Of a stretch of 64,000 nucleotides of DNA, positions 35,860-45,759 are shown piece by piece; within the stretch, counting starts at the first letter, position 1, and every line of letters begins with the position of its first letter. A program made the translations under genes and the position numbers. The notes beneath the pieces are model-generated. The model saw only the letters and a list, made by a program, of their open reading frames with translations. It searched no databases and was not told the origin of the DNA. The DNA lies in IMG/VR virus record IMGVR_UViG_3300020123_000219, positions 1 to 64,000 of that record, one strand, 5' to 3'. The stretch comes from a virus.

Positions 35860-38712
35860 CTAATGAACGCGCCCGCTGATGAACAGCTGCGTCGAGCCGT
35901 TCCTGATCGTCTTCCGGTTCAGGCCCGCCTGGGCCACCCTGATCATTTCCTGCTCGGCCATCAGCGACCCGTGCACGTGCACCACCACCTGAGACGCCCC
36001 GCCGCCCCCCAGCCGCACGATCCCCGGGTTAGGGCCGTGCACCCCGCCCGGTGCCCCTGACGGCCCTCCGCCCCCGCCGCCTACCCCCGGGACGTTGCCC
36101 TGCTGGGTGACCGTGACAATGATGTTCTTGCCGTGCATTGAGTCGATGAACGCCTGCAGCCGCTCCGCTGACGCCTGCGCGCTGGAGAACGCGCTCGTCA
36201 TGCTGTGCCCCGCCGACTGCACCGACGTGGACGCGTGGCTGCTGCCCTGAGCCATCTGGTTACCCCACGCGATGCCCCGCAGCCCGGCGGTGTTGATCGC
36301 GTCCTGCACCGTCTGCAGGTCGCCCCTGATCGTGGCCCACGGGGCGCCGTTCGCCGCGTCGGTCTGCAGTTTCGCGAGCTTGGTGTTGAACCCGGTCGAG
36401 GCCAGCGCGGCGTTCGCGAGCTGGGTGGACACCTGCTGCGACAGGGCGCTCGCGACGTTCTTCGCCATCTGCGACAGGTTCGACATCGCGATCGTCGTGT
36501 TCGATACCCGCTTGCTGAGGTCCCCGAACCCGACGCCGGCCTGCGCGACCATCTGCTTCAGCCTGTTGAACGACGGGATGTTCAGCCCCGCCGACCGCAG
36601 CACCCCGAGCAGCGTGGCCTGCGCGGTCTTCGACTTCGCGGCGAGCGGCACCAGCGCCTTCGCCATGTCCAGCGCCGCGTGGGTCACGTCCCTGCCCGTG
36701 GACGCCCCCAGCACCCCGGCGGTCCTGAACCAGTCCAGCATCTGCGGCATCGTCGAACCGACCACCTGGTCGAAGTTGTTCCACGCCGCCGCGCCCGTCC
36801 CCTTGAACGACTGCAGCGCCGTCGCGAACTGGCCGACCGACAGGCTCATCTGCCCCGTCGCCTTACCCAGGTTGTTCCGCACGTTCGCGGCGACCTGCCC
36901 GATGTTCTGCATCGACTCCGAGAACGCCGCCAGCGCCCCAGTCCCGCCGGTCAGCAGCCCGATGTACTGGTCGATGGCCTGGTTCAGCTGCTGGACCTTC
37001 GAATCCTGCACCGCCGTCGCCAGCGACAGGGCGTCCATCCCGGCGCCGACCTGCCCGGCCCGCAGCCCCATCTGCGCGTACCCGATCTCCAGGTTCACCA
37101 GCGCCATCGCCTGCGTCCCGATCGCCTGCGACAGCCTGCTCATGTCACTGGTCAGCCCCGCGACCTTGTTACCCGCCAGCACGTTCCCGAACCGGCCGAA
37201 CGACCCGGCGGCCCCCGTCGCCGCGCGGGTAGCGGCGTTCAGCTGCGGAGCCAGGTTCTTCACCCCGCCGAGCAGCAGCTTCACGCCACTGGTCATGTTG
37301 CCCAGCGACGGGGTCATCGACTGGACCTTCTTGATCAGCGCGTCCGACGCGTCCGCGCCCCGCGTCATCGCCACCACGAGATCAGCGCCGATGACAACCG
37401 CCGCCGCAGCGGCCATGACCCCGAGCGGGGTCATGAGGAACGTCCCGAGCTTGTACAGCGAGGCCCCCAGCGGGCCGGAGTACGACAGCGCGGTCCCGAG
37501 GCCCTGCGACATGTAGCTCAGGCCGGTGACGATCCCCCGGATCGCGCTGACGAGCTGCATGCCGATCAGCGCCCGGAACATGCCGACCAGCAGCAGCCCG
37601 TACCGGTACGCCGCAGACAGGGCGGCGGCCATGCCGATCAGGAACCCGATCACCGGGTTCGCGGTCAGCATCTCCAGGACGTGCGAGATCACCACCAGCA
37701 CGTTCAGCAGAGCCGTGCCTGCACCCCACATATTGTGGGCGACGTTGACGAACGTGTGCCCCAGGTTCCCCAGCAGCTGGCCCCACTGCGTCATGAAGTG
37801 CACGCCGCCGGACAGCATCTTGGTGAGCTGGCCGCCCAGCGCGCCGCCCGGCCCCAGCTCGGTGGACAGGTGCGACGCGAACCGGGCCATCACGTTCCCC
37901 GCCTGCTCGGCGACCTGAGAGAACGCGCTGAGGTGGCTGCTGATCGACGTGATGATGCTCCCGAAGATCATGTACACCTCGGGGGCCATCGCCCGGGACA
38001 GGGTACCGAAACTCTGCCCGAGGGCGTGCAGCGGCCCCACCGAGTTCAGCAGAGCGTTCCCCAGCCCGCCCGACGCCACGAGCAGGTTATTCATCACGTC
38101 GGAGATGTGGATCACTGTCGGTGCCATGCCCGCCGCCGCCGACCCGAACGCGATCAGCGCCGGGATCGCCGTCGCCGCGACCTCCAGCGTCCCCATCACC
38201 AGCCAGTGCAGCGCCTGGGTCGTCAGCCTGATCCCTGTGCCCCAGATCCGGATCGAGTTATTCGCGCCACTGGCCGCAGCAGCAGACGCCGTCGTGCCCG
38301 CGCTGAGGACACCGAGCCCGGCCGCCATCACCGCAGCTGTCGCGCCGACCTTATCCAGCGCGTCTTTCTTCTTGTCCAGCTCGGTGTCAAGAGCAACCAG
38401 GGCGCCGAGCAGGGTGCCGATCTTGCCGTTCAGCCCGGTGAACCGCCGCGACAGCGACGAGGTCTGGTCGCCCACGGAGCTGAGCGCCCTGGCGGTGCCT
38501 TCCGCCTTCACCCCGAGTTCGCCCAGCCTGTCGCTCAGCGCCCCCACGCCCCCGGCGGCGGCAGCGGCATCCAGGCGCCCGATCTCCCCCACCAGCTCGC
38601 CGACCGCCCCCGCCGCCGCCGCCGTCACGCCGATCATGTCCCGGACCGGGCCGATATACCGCTCCGCTGACGCTATGAACTCCTGGATGATCGGCGGAAG
38701 GTAATCAGCCAC
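35860..38712 (-). CDS. tape measure protein
   Basis: 950 aa A/G/L-rich helical protein with hydrophobic stretches, downstream of the tail chaperones. Confidence 0.88.
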   Translation of the reverse strand: MADYLPPIIQEFIASAERYIGPVRDMIGVTAAAAGAVGELVGEIGRLDAAAAAGGVGALSDRLGELGVKAEGTARALSSVGDQTSSLSRRFTGLNGKIGTLLGALVALDTELDKKKDALDKVGATAAVMAAGLGVLSAGTTASAAAASGANNSIRIWGTGIRLTTQALHWLVMGTLEVAATAIPALIAFGSAAAGMAPTVIHISDVMNNLLVASGGLGNALLNSVGPLHALGQSFGTLSRAMAPEVYMIFGSIITSISSHLSAFSQVAEQAGNVMARFASHLSTELGPGGALGGQLTKMLSGGVHFMTQWGQLLGNLGHTFVNVAHNMWGAGTALLNVLVVISHVLEMLTANPVIGFLIGMAAALSAAYRYGLLLVGMFRALIGMQLVSAIRGIVTGLSYMSQGLGTALSYSGPLGASLYKLGTFLMTPLGVMAAAAAVVIGADLVVAMTRGADASDALIKKVQSMTPSLGNMTSGVKLLLGGVKNLAPQLNAATRAATGAAGSFGRFGNVLAGNKVAGLTSDMSRLSQAIGTQAMALVNLEIGYAQMGLRAGQVGAGMDALSLATAVQDSKVQQLNQAIDQYIGLLTGGTGALAAFSESMQNIGQVAANVRNNLGKATGQMSLSVGQFATALQSFKGTGAAAWNNFDQVVGSTMPQMLDWFRTAGVLGASTGRDVTHAALDMAKALVPLAAKSKTAQATLLGVLRSAGLNIPSFNRLKQMVAQAGVGFGDLSKRVSNTTIAMSNLSQMAKNVASALSQQVSTQLANAALASTGFNTKLAKLQTDAANGAPWATIRGDLQTVQDAINTAGLRGIAWGNQMAQGSSHASTSVQSAGHSMTSAFSSAQASAERLQAFIDSMHGKNIIVTVTQQGNVPGVGGGGGGPSGAPGGVHGPNPGIVRLGGGGASQVVVHVHGSLMAEQEMIRVAQAGLNRKTIRNGSTQLFISGRVH

Positions 38713-38778
38713 CAGCCTCCCGCGTCACAACGCAAAAAAGCGGGACGCGAACCACGTCCCGCCATCCCGTCCCGGCCA

Positions 38779-39273
38779 TCACAGCACCGCGTCGACGATC
38801 GCGCCGAAAGCCTCCCCGGCCGCGTCCCTGATCCCGCCCTCATACACCGCGATCGCATTCGCCGGCCGCATGTACGGACGCGGCGGCAGGCTATGCGCCC
38901 TCGACCTGTGCCACACCCCCGGCGGCTGCTGCCAGTGCATGAACCCCGACGGGTTATGCGCTCGCATCATCCCGCCCAGCTCCTGAATCCTCGCGTACCT
39001 CACCGTCGGACCCGTCAGCGACCGCGCCGTCACATCCCCCGTCAGCACCGCCGCCGTGTTCACGAAGGACCCCTTCAGCGCCCCCGAGATCCACGCAGGC
39101 GGCGTGCCCGGCATCGACGGAGTCTGCGTATGCAAAGGGTGCCCCAGCCTCATGATCGAACGCGCGATGCTCACGAACGGCGGCGGCATCTCATTCGCCG
39201 CCGCCAGCACCGCCGACGGGAGCACCGCCTCCAGCCGCGCGAACCGCGCCTCAAGATCACCGAAACTAGCCAC
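38779..39273 (-). CDS. HK97 gp10-like tail completion protein
   Basis: SGALKGS...YARIQELGG...LPPRPYMRPA. Confidence 0.8.
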   Translation of the reverse strand: MASFGDLEARFARLEAVLPSAVLAAANEMPPPFVSIARSIMRLGHPLHTQTPSMPGTPPAWISGALKGSFVNTAAVLTGDVTARSLTGPTVRYARIQELGGMMRAHNPSGFMHWQQPPGVWHRSRAHSLPPRPYMRPANAIAVYEGGIRDAAGEAFGAIVDAVL

Positions 39274-39496
39274 GCGCCGCCCTCCGCCGGTCCTCCGCGA
39301 TATGATCCAGCGCCGTCCACATCACCGGCAGGTAGATATAGCACTGCAACGGCTGCTCCAGCGTCACCTCCGCCGCCCACCCGTACTTCTCGTAGCACAT
39401 CAGGCACATCAAGTCCGCGTTGTCAAGACCCCACGGAAGCGGCCCGCCCTGCCCTTCGAGAATGTGCTTCAGGCGGGAGGCGTCCTGCGGTTTGGG
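39266..39496 (-). CDS. tail assembly chaperone, -1 frameshift extension (GT-like)
   Basis: Open -1 frame from slippery C CCA AAC to TAG at 39266. Confidence 0.7.
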   Translation of the reverse strand, partial: PKPQDASRLKHILEGQGGPLPWGLDNADLMCLMCYEKYGWAAEVTLEQPLQCYIYLPVMWTALDHIAEDRRRAARG

Positions 39497-39798
39497 ACCA
39501 CCCGCATCACCTCCAGGTGATCCGTCGTCGCCTCCGACAGCGCGTTATACGCCTCCAGCGGCAGATCCTCCAGCTGCGCCCTCGTCACCGGCATGTCCCC
39601 GTACGACCACGACGTGATCACCGACACCAGCAACGCGATCTGCATGTCCTCCTGCATCCCCGCGTTAATCATCATCGGCTTGCCGTCAGGATCAGGAACA
39701 TAAGACAAAGCCCGCTGAATCGCGACCTTATCCTTCGCCCTCAGCTCATCCAGCCCCCGCAGCTCCGCCCAGTTGCCACCAGGCAAATCAACGCGCAC
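39469..39798 (-). CDS. tail assembly chaperone (G-like)
   Basis: ITSWSY...LEDLP; lies between tail tube and tape measure; slippery site near the 3' end. Confidence 0.78.
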   Translation of the reverse strand: MRVDLPGGNWAELRGLDELRAKDKVAIQRALSYVPDPDGKPMMINAGMQEDMQIALLVSVITSWSYGDMPVTRAQLEDLPLEAYNALSEATTDHLEVMRVVPNRRTPPA

Positions 39799-39809
39799 AA
39801 ACGCCTCCG

Positions 39810-40583
39810 CTAAGAATGGTTAATGATGTGCCACGCCACCGTCGACGAATCCGACGACGAAGTAGAAAGCACCGTGAACGAAACACCCGGGGTAACCGTC
39901 CCCACATAAGGCCCCCCCGGCGTGCCCCCCGGCACCTGCGTCGTCAGGAACACCCTCGACTTAGCAGAAACAGCCGACGTGGACACCGTCACCGGGGTAA
40001 CCCCGTTCAGGACCGCCGTTCCCATCCACGCATTCGAGCCCTCAGGAACCACGATCGACTGAGAAAACGTATTCGCAGCCGTCCACGTGTTCGCCAGCCC
40101 CAGCAGACCAGCATTCGCGACCGTCACAACCCCCGACTGGCCGTTCACCGACGAAACAAACGGGACCGACAAGCCGCCCGCCTGCTGCGCGAAAACAATC
40201 GGTGCGCTCGTAGGACCCGACACCTGCGCCGTGGGCAGCGACGCCTCAGGAGAAACAGCCGTAATATCCACCGTCGCCCCGAACGACGATGGCAGAAACG
40301 CCGAAAACGTCTGCTGCGCCCCCGGAACCGCAACCCCGATAACCCACCACCAGCCAGAAGGCCGCAGATTCGCGTTATCCGTGCACGCAAGGCCAGGCTG
40401 CGAAAACGTCCCGAGCGTGCCCAGCGCGGAAACGATAGGAACCTGAGCCAGAACGGTTTTCCCCGACAAGTCAGAAAGCTCATTCGACGGCGAGAAAGTC
40501 ACCGCACCCGCCTGCGGACTACCGCCGCCGTCCAGGTACTTCCCGGTGACGGTGATCGTGGTCAAGTCGACCGGAAGAGGCAC
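39810..40583 (-). CDS. virion structural / fibre-like protein
   Basis: VSSVNGQSGVV motif; C-terminal domain shared with 32027-33757. Confidence 0.7.
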   Translation of the reverse strand: MPLPVDLTTITVTGKYLDGGGSPQAGAVTFSPSNELSDLSGKTVLAQVPIVSALGTLGTFSQPGLACTDNANLRPSGWWWVIGVAVPGAQQTFSAFLPSSFGATVDITAVSPEASLPTAQVSGPTSAPIVFAQQAGGLSVPFVSSVNGQSGVVTVANAGLLGLANTWTAANTFSQSIVVPEGSNAWMGTAVLNGVTPVTVSTSAVSAKSRVFLTTQVPGGTPGGPYVGTVTPGVSFTVLSTSSSDSSTVAWHIINHS

Positions 40584-40606
40584 TGACCTCCACGGAAACT
40601 GTTAGC

Positions 40607-41110
40607 ATGCCGAACATGGACGATGCAACCTGGGCAGACATACCAGACCGGCCTGGCTACCAAGCCAGCACGCACGGGCAAATCCGCAGCACCGACAGGC
40701 TCGGCTCCGACGGACGCCGACTCAAAGGCCGAATCCTCAAACCCCGGCCCACGCCGACCGGATACCTCCGGGTGTCGCTATGCACCGGAGGCAAGCCCGT
40801 CGACGAGTACATCCATTACCTCGTAGCACGAACCTTCATCGGGCCTCGCCCCGAAGGACTAGACGTTGCCCACGACGACGGCAACCCCTCAAACAACGCC
40901 GTCACCAACCTGGCCTACAAAACCAGGTCAGAAAACCAGCTCGACATGCGCAGGCACGGCACGCACCGCAACGGAAGGAAGACCCACTGCGACAGCGGAC
41001 ACGAGTTCAGCGAGGAAAACACGCATGTTGACCCTGCGCACCCCGACTGGCGTATCTGCAAGATCTGTCGGCGCCAGCGCCTTCGGGACTGGCGTGCGAG
41101 GAATCAGTAA
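40607..41110 (+). CDS. NUMOD4-HNH homing endonuclease
   Basis: YQASTHGQIRS; HYLVARTF...HDDGNPSNNAVTNL; inserted antisense in the tail operon. Confidence 0.9.
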   Translation: MPNMDDATWADIPDRPGYQASTHGQIRSTDRLGSDGRRLKGRILKPRPTPTGYLRVSLCTGGKPVDEYIHYLVARTFIGPRPEGLDVAHDDGNPSNNAVTNLAYKTRSENQLDMRRHGTHRNGRKTHCDSGHEFSEENTHVDPAHPDWRICKICRRQRLRDWRARNQ

Positions 41111-42354
41111 ACTGGCGTCTGATTCTTCAGAGTGATTTGGATTGGACCGTATCCAGCTGAATTGCCCGTATTGGTAGTGTTTGCTATTCCTTGCCAGGAA
41201 TCGTTGTAACCCAACAAAGCCTTACCGGGTTCGATGACCGATGCGTCGAATGCGCATTGCTGTACGTCGAACTGGATGGATTCGGCGAGGGTTCCGGTGA
41301 GTCCGTTGGTCTGGATGACCTGGATCTGCGGCTGAACATTGTTCAGCATCTCGGTGAGCGGAACTTCGTCGATGGTCGGGGCGAACGTGACCTTGCCGGT
41401 GGTGGAGAACTTGCCCCGGCCGAGGATATAGGGGTTCTGCGCTCCGTCGGCGGTGTAGAAGGGCTCGACGACGCGGGTGAGGGTGAATTCCCATTCGCCG
41501 ACCTGGTAGATCTGGGCTCCGGAGACGGTGCCGCCGAGGCCGAATGTGGAGTTCCAGGACGGTTCGGCGGGGATGTTGCTGAACGTGCTGGTGGGCGCGG
41601 AGTTGGGTTCCTGGTTGGCGTAGCTCATGCCCTTGCCGGCCCAGGTGAACAGTTTCTCGGCGTTGCCGGTGAACGTCATCTCGGACATGCAGGTGAACGG
41701 GTACCAGCGGGCCTGGTTCGCGGGGATGAAGGTGCGGTCGGTGATGGTGTGGGTCGGGGGCTGGGCGTTCCCGGTGCCGTTGAGCAGGGAGAACACGTGG
41801 GTGTAGGAGCCGGTGACCTGGAATACGGTGGCGTTCTGGGCGTGAGCGAAACGGGTGGTGCCGGACAGGACGATGTTGGTTCCGGCGGCGGAGGAGTAGG
41901 CGACGATTTCGCTGTTGGTGCCGGTAGCGTCGAGCTGCACGTAGCCGGGGGCTCCGGCAGTGAAGTTGGAACCCTGCGGGACCTTGATCGAGCCGGTGGT
42001 CGCGGCGGGGTACCCGCCGACGTTGCTGATCGTGCCGGTGGTGCCGGTGGACACCCCGGATGCGGTGTAGTCACCGAGGATGTTCCACAGGAAATGACCG
42101 ATGGTGTCCATGTAGACCGGGGAGGCGTCGAACGTCAGGTCAGCGACGTACGGTCCCTGGATGAGGCCGTAAGTTGCGGCCATGGCGGCGCGCATGGACT
42201 CGTCGGGCAGCCAGATCGGCTTGTCTTCCGGGACGAATCCGACCATGGGGATCGAGAACGTGGGAGCCAGCGGCGTGCCGGGAGTGGCCTCGCGGGCACC
42301 GCCGATCGCGCGGCGCTCGCTGGGAAACACATTTGTAGGCACCGTCAGGGGCAT
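41104..42354 (-). CDS. major tail (tube) protein
   Basis: REATPGT N-terminus, beta-rich, canonical position. Confidence 0.8.
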   Translation of the reverse strand: MPLTVPTNVFPSERRAIGGAREATPGTPLAPTFSIPMVGFVPEDKPIWLPDESMRAAMAATYGLIQGPYVADLTFDASPVYMDTIGHFLWNILGDYTASGVSTGTTGTISNVGGYPAATTGSIKVPQGSNFTAGAPGYVQLDATGTNSEIVAYSSAAGTNIVLSGTTRFAHAQNATVFQVTGSYTHVFSLLNGTGNAQPPTHTITDRTFIPANQARWYPFTCMSEMTFTGNAEKLFTWAGKGMSYANQEPNSAPTSTFSNIPAEPSWNSTFGLGGTVSGAQIYQVGEWEFTLTRVVEPFYTADGAQNPYILGRGKFSTTGKVTFAPTIDEVPLTEMLNNVQPQIQVIQTNGLTGTLAESIQFDVQQCAFDASVIEPGKALLGYNDSWQGIANTTNTGNSAGYGPIQITLKNQTPVY

Positions 42355-42364
42355 TAGCCTCCGG

Positions 42365-42589
42365 TTAGTCCGTGGTGTCGGGGTCAGTCGTCACCGGGGG
42401 CGCAGTACCGGTGGTGTCCTTGTCCGCCGGGGGCGCCTCGCGGGTCCACCAGGCCGGGTTCCCGGGCGGGTCGCCCCCGAATTCGTATTCCTGTCCGGGG
42501 CGGAGGATCAGGGTGCCGCCGATGTCGTCCTGCGCGCCCATGTCGGGCACGGTTTCTTCCTGCGGTCCCGCGTATGTCCACGTGCTCAT
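42365..42589 (-). CDS. small hypothetical structural protein
   Basis: ATGA-coupled, acidic. Confidence 0.6.
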   Translation of the reverse strand: MSTWTYAGPQEETVPDMGAQDDIGGTLILRPGQEYEFGGDPPGNPAWWTREAPPADKDTTGTAPPVTTDPDTTD

Positions 42590-43107
42590 GCCTGGAAGCT
42601 CTCCTTAGCGATGACCTTTACCAGCGCCTCGTACAGCATTGACCTCTGGTTCAGCTCCGTTCGCGGCGTGGCGATCTCGTAGGCCATGTTCTCTCCGATG
42701 GAGAACAGCGTGGAGTACCGGAACGTGGCGGAGTCCTGCAGGTTGTAGGCGGCGTCCACTGAGCAGCGCATCGCGTCCATGACCGCGTCCACGATCACCG
42801 GGAACGAGATGCTGGGTGTCAGGTCGCCCTGGTCGCGCCACCACATGAGCCACACGTCAACGCGGTGCTCCATCTGCTTGTGCCCGGCTTGCGTCGACCC
42901 TGTACCGGGGGTGCCCTGCTGCGGGCGTGGCAGCGACTCGCGTTTCTCGTCCCCGGCCGTCGGCCACACGTAGGCGACGGCGTTCTGCTGCTCGGTCTGC
43001 GGGTCCGGCGGGTCGATGACGGCTAGGAGCGTAGAGCCCCCGAATCCGGGGAGGGGCAGGTTTTCGAGGAGGCTGTGCACGTGCGTCAGCGCGGTTGCGA
43101 TGGGCAC
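42586..43107 (-). CDS. tail terminator-like protein
   Basis: Size and position upstream of the tail tube. Confidence 0.6.
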   Translation of the reverse strand: MPIATALTHVHSLLENLPLPGFGGSTLLAVIDPPDPQTEQQNAVAYVWPTAGDEKRESLPRPQQGTPGTGSTQAGHKQMEHRVDVWLMWWRDQGDLTPSISFPVIVDAVMDAMRCSVDAAYNLQDSATFRYSTLFSIGENMAYEIATPRTELNQRSMLYEALVKVIAKESFQA

Positions 43108-44028
43108 TCAGGTCATCCTGCGGTACGGCTTGCACAGCAGCTCGGCTTCGGTGGCGTACGCGGCCGGGTTGTCGCCGTGGATCGTGGCCGCGTTGGTGGA
43201 CTGCACCGCTGTGGCGGTAGCGCCCCGCATCAGGGCCTGGGACATGGCGAACAGGATCGCGGCCTGCATCAGCTGGGGCGGCAGCGACGAGATCAGCGTC
43301 CCCGTCTGGTGCGCGAAGAAGGTCGGGGTTTCCAGGACCAGGGTTCCGGGGCCGAACGCTGCGCTGGTGTCCAGGCAGTGCAGGGATTCCTCGTTGCCCG
43401 CGTCGTACACCAGACCGGATGCGCCGGGTCCGTTCATTGTCTGCGGCGCCCACCCGGTCACGTCGTCGACCTGGACGGTCAGGGAACCGGCGGGGGAGTC
43501 GGCGGTCAGGACCGCATGCGGGTACCCGGACACGTACGACACGGTCAGGGTCGTTCCCCGGCGCCCGTTCCGCCAGGTCACGAACCCCGGTGCGAGGGTC
43601 ACGGACTGCCCGGATTCCCCCGCGTCCCCGGGGACGGTGGACCCGAACACCCCGGGGGACGGCTGGTTGATGAGGAAGGCGCTGGCCGGGACCGGCTGGT
43701 AGTTCACGGGCGGGATGGTCAGCCCCCACTGGCCGCCGGTCACTTCCAGGATGGGCTTGCGGGCCAGCAGGATGTAGGCCGCGCCTGACGGCATGACCGT
43801 GACCCGGTAGTCCGGGGCCAGGAGCGTTTCCTTCGACGCCGTAGCGCGGAGCCGCTGGTTGACCTCGGTGTCGATCATGGCGGAGGCGCGGCGGCAGATG
43901 TTCCACTGCTCGGCAAGCTGCTGCGCAGGGGTCGCGTTGCGTGACGGGAGCGTCTGCCACGAGATCCCCGTCGCCGCGTTCGTCAGGATCTCGGGAGTGA
44001 TGTACGGGGCTGGCGTCAGCGCCGACAC
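43108..44028 (-). CDS. head-to-tail adaptor
   Basis: YITPE...ASAMID...VSYVSGY...LPPQLMQAA...LLCKPYRR. Confidence 0.78.
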   Translation of the reverse strand: MSALTPAPYITPEILTNAATGISWQTLPSRNATPAQQLAEQWNICRRASAMIDTEVNQRLRATASKETLLAPDYRVTVMPSGAAYILLARKPILEVTGGQWGLTIPPVNYQPVPASAFLINQPSPGVFGSTVPGDAGESGQSVTLAPGFVTWRNGRRGTTLTVSYVSGYPHAVLTADSPAGSLTVQVDDVTGWAPQTMNGPGASGLVYDAGNEESLHCLDTSAAFGPGTLVLETPTFFAHQTGTLISSLPPQLMQAAILFAMSQALMRGATATAVQSTNAATIHGDNPAAYATEAELLCKPYRRMT

Positions 44029-44345
44029 TAGCCTCCCGTCGCTGGCGGCAGCACCGTGGTCTTCCCCTTGAACTCCGGCCGGCCGGCCAGGGCTTCGAGC
44101 GCCTCGTGCATCATCGCAGGGTCAGGCAGCGGGACGGCCGGGGGATGCCGGGACGTGTGCGGCGCCCAGTAGCTGGCGGCAGCGCCGAGCAGGGCCGACA
44201 CAGCCCAAGGCAGGAACGTCTGCAACGTCGGCGGCAGGCCGCTGTGGAACGCCGGGACGTAGGTCACGAGAATCCACGCGATCATGCCGGTGACCAGAGC
44301 CGACGCGCCGCCGGCGGCTGTCTTGATCTCAACCGGTTCTTTCAC
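44028..44345 (-). CDS. holin-like two-TM protein
   Basis: VEIKTAAGG...two TM helices...YWAPHTSR. Confidence 0.6.
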   Translation of the reverse strand: MKEPVEIKTAAGGASALVTGMIAWILVTYVPAFHSGLPPTLQTFLPWAVSALLGAAASYWAPHTSRHPPAVPLPDPAMMHEALEALAGRPEFKGKTTVLPPATGG

Positions 44346-44541
44346 GCCGCACACCCTCATCCAGGCACCGCTGGCAGTAAAACGCGTCCTCATCCCACTT
44401 GGCGTGCTTCGGGCACAGCGGGACATGGCACTGCTGGCACATCGTCACGGACTGGGGGGCCTTCCGTGACCTGGCGCCGGTCGCGCCGCACCGGCCGCAA
44501 GAGCGGGCCTGCCCGGGTGCGCCGCGCCGACGCCAGCTCAC
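44329..44541 (-). CDS. small zinc-finger protein
   Basis: CGRC, CQQC...CPKH, CQRC. Confidence 0.55.
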   Translation of the reverse strand: MSWRRRGAPGQARSCGRCGATGARSRKAPQSVTMCQQCHVPLCPKHAKWDEDAFYCQRCLDEGVRRERTG

Positions 44542-45170
44542 TTACGGCAGTCCAGGCAGTCTGAGGGCCACCGGCCGGTGGCGTGTGCCCGGCGGGTCAG
44601 CGTGTTCCCGCACGTCCCGCACTTCCGGGACGGGTGCGCCTCGGCGGGGAAATCAGGAACGTCGCGGCCAGGCGCGGGAACCGCGTCTCGCACCTCCTGC
44701 CCGGACGCTGCCTTCGCCACCGACGCCTGCCCCGGCACTGATGCCATCGCGATCCTGGTGGCCTCCTTCAGCGCAGCCGCCCGGTCCTCAGCTGCCCGCT
44801 CGGCGGCGGCAGCCGCCCGCTCGGCTTCCGCAGCAGCAGCGAACCGGGCCTGCGTCGCAGCCGTCTGCGCCTCGGCGACATCCCGCTCGTGCAGGATCTT
44901 GCCCGCCGACATGGCCAGCGCTTCCGCGACCTGCCGCATCGTCGACGTGCCCTCGACTTCGAGTTTCCTCGCCTTCCGCTCCTCATCAGCGGTCGACGGG
45001 ATCATGTCCGGGTGCTGCGACCAGCACGGATCGGACGACAGCTCCATCTCGCACATCGGGCATGCCAGCGCGAACACCCGCACCGGCTCGCCGTCCACCA
45101 CCGGCCGGTCATGCACGTGCCCGTGCGACGACACGTACCGGTCCACGTCAGACCGCGCGAAAACCGTCAT
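44538..45170 (-). CDS. hypothetical protein (zinc motifs, coiled coil)
   Basis: CPMC, CGTC...CLDC. Confidence 0.65.
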   Translation of the reverse strand: MTVFARSDVDRYVSSHGHVHDRPVVDGEPVRVFALACPMCEMELSSDPCWSQHPDMIPSTADEERKARKLEVEGTSTMRQVAEALAMSAGKILHERDVAEAQTAATQARFAAAAEAERAAAAAERAAEDRAAALKEATRIAMASVPGQASVAKAASGQEVRDAVPAPGRDVPDFPAEAHPSRKCGTCGNTLTRRAHATGRWPSDCLDCRK

Positions 45171-45472
45171 TCCTGCTCACTTCCTTCCGGAACCGTCGGG
45201 CCGCCGCATTTATGGCACTCCATGGTCCACCCCTGCCAGAGGCGCCTGCACGGCAGGCACCAGCGGCCCTGCTTGGTGCCGATGCTGACCTGCAGCTTCG
45301 ATGAGATCAGGCCCAGCCGCCCGTTAGACGACGACTCGATCTGCGCCGCCTGATGATCATCGACAGTGACAGTCCCGCCGGGCTTCCCGCTGACCTTCGA
45401 CCCGTCCTCGAACTCCAGCCCGTAACAGCCGGTCTTCCTGCCAGTCTTCGGCAGCGCCACCCGCGCGCTCAT
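45167..45472 (-). CDS. hypothetical zinc-ribbon protein
   Basis: CLPC...CHKCG; coupled starts and stops. Confidence 0.6.
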   Translation of the reverse strand: MSARVALPKTGRKTGCYGLEFEDGSKVSGKPGGTVTVDDHQAAQIESSSNGRLGLISSKLQVSIGTKQGRWCLPCRRLWQGWTMECHKCGGPTVPEGSEQE

Positions 45473-45759
45473 GTCGTCGTCATTATCGTGACCTGCAGCG
45501 TGGAAACGCCGCCTGTGGACACCGCGTACAGGCTCGCCGGCTGCGAAGTCAGCGGCAGGTACATCGGGTACGGGAACTGTGTGCCGTTCGGGCAGTAGAT
45601 CCCGTTCGATGAGGTCAGGGCCGTGCCGATGCCGACGTAGTTCGGGTTCGTGCCCGTGGTCTGGAACAGCGCAGTCCCGCCCGGCGGGAGGAACCCTACC
45701 GGGGTCAGCAGCGTGCCCGTGCCGGTGCCCGTGGAGTAGGTGTTCACCGAGACAGCCAT
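45469..45759 (-). CDS. small beta-rich structural protein
   Basis: T/G-rich; similar pattern to 49663-49938. Confidence 0.6.
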   Translation of the reverse strand: MAVSVNTYSTGTGTGTLLTPVGFLPPGGTALFQTTGTNPNYVGIGTALTSSNGIYCPNGTQFPYPMYLPLTSQPASLYAVSTGGVSTLQVTIMTTT

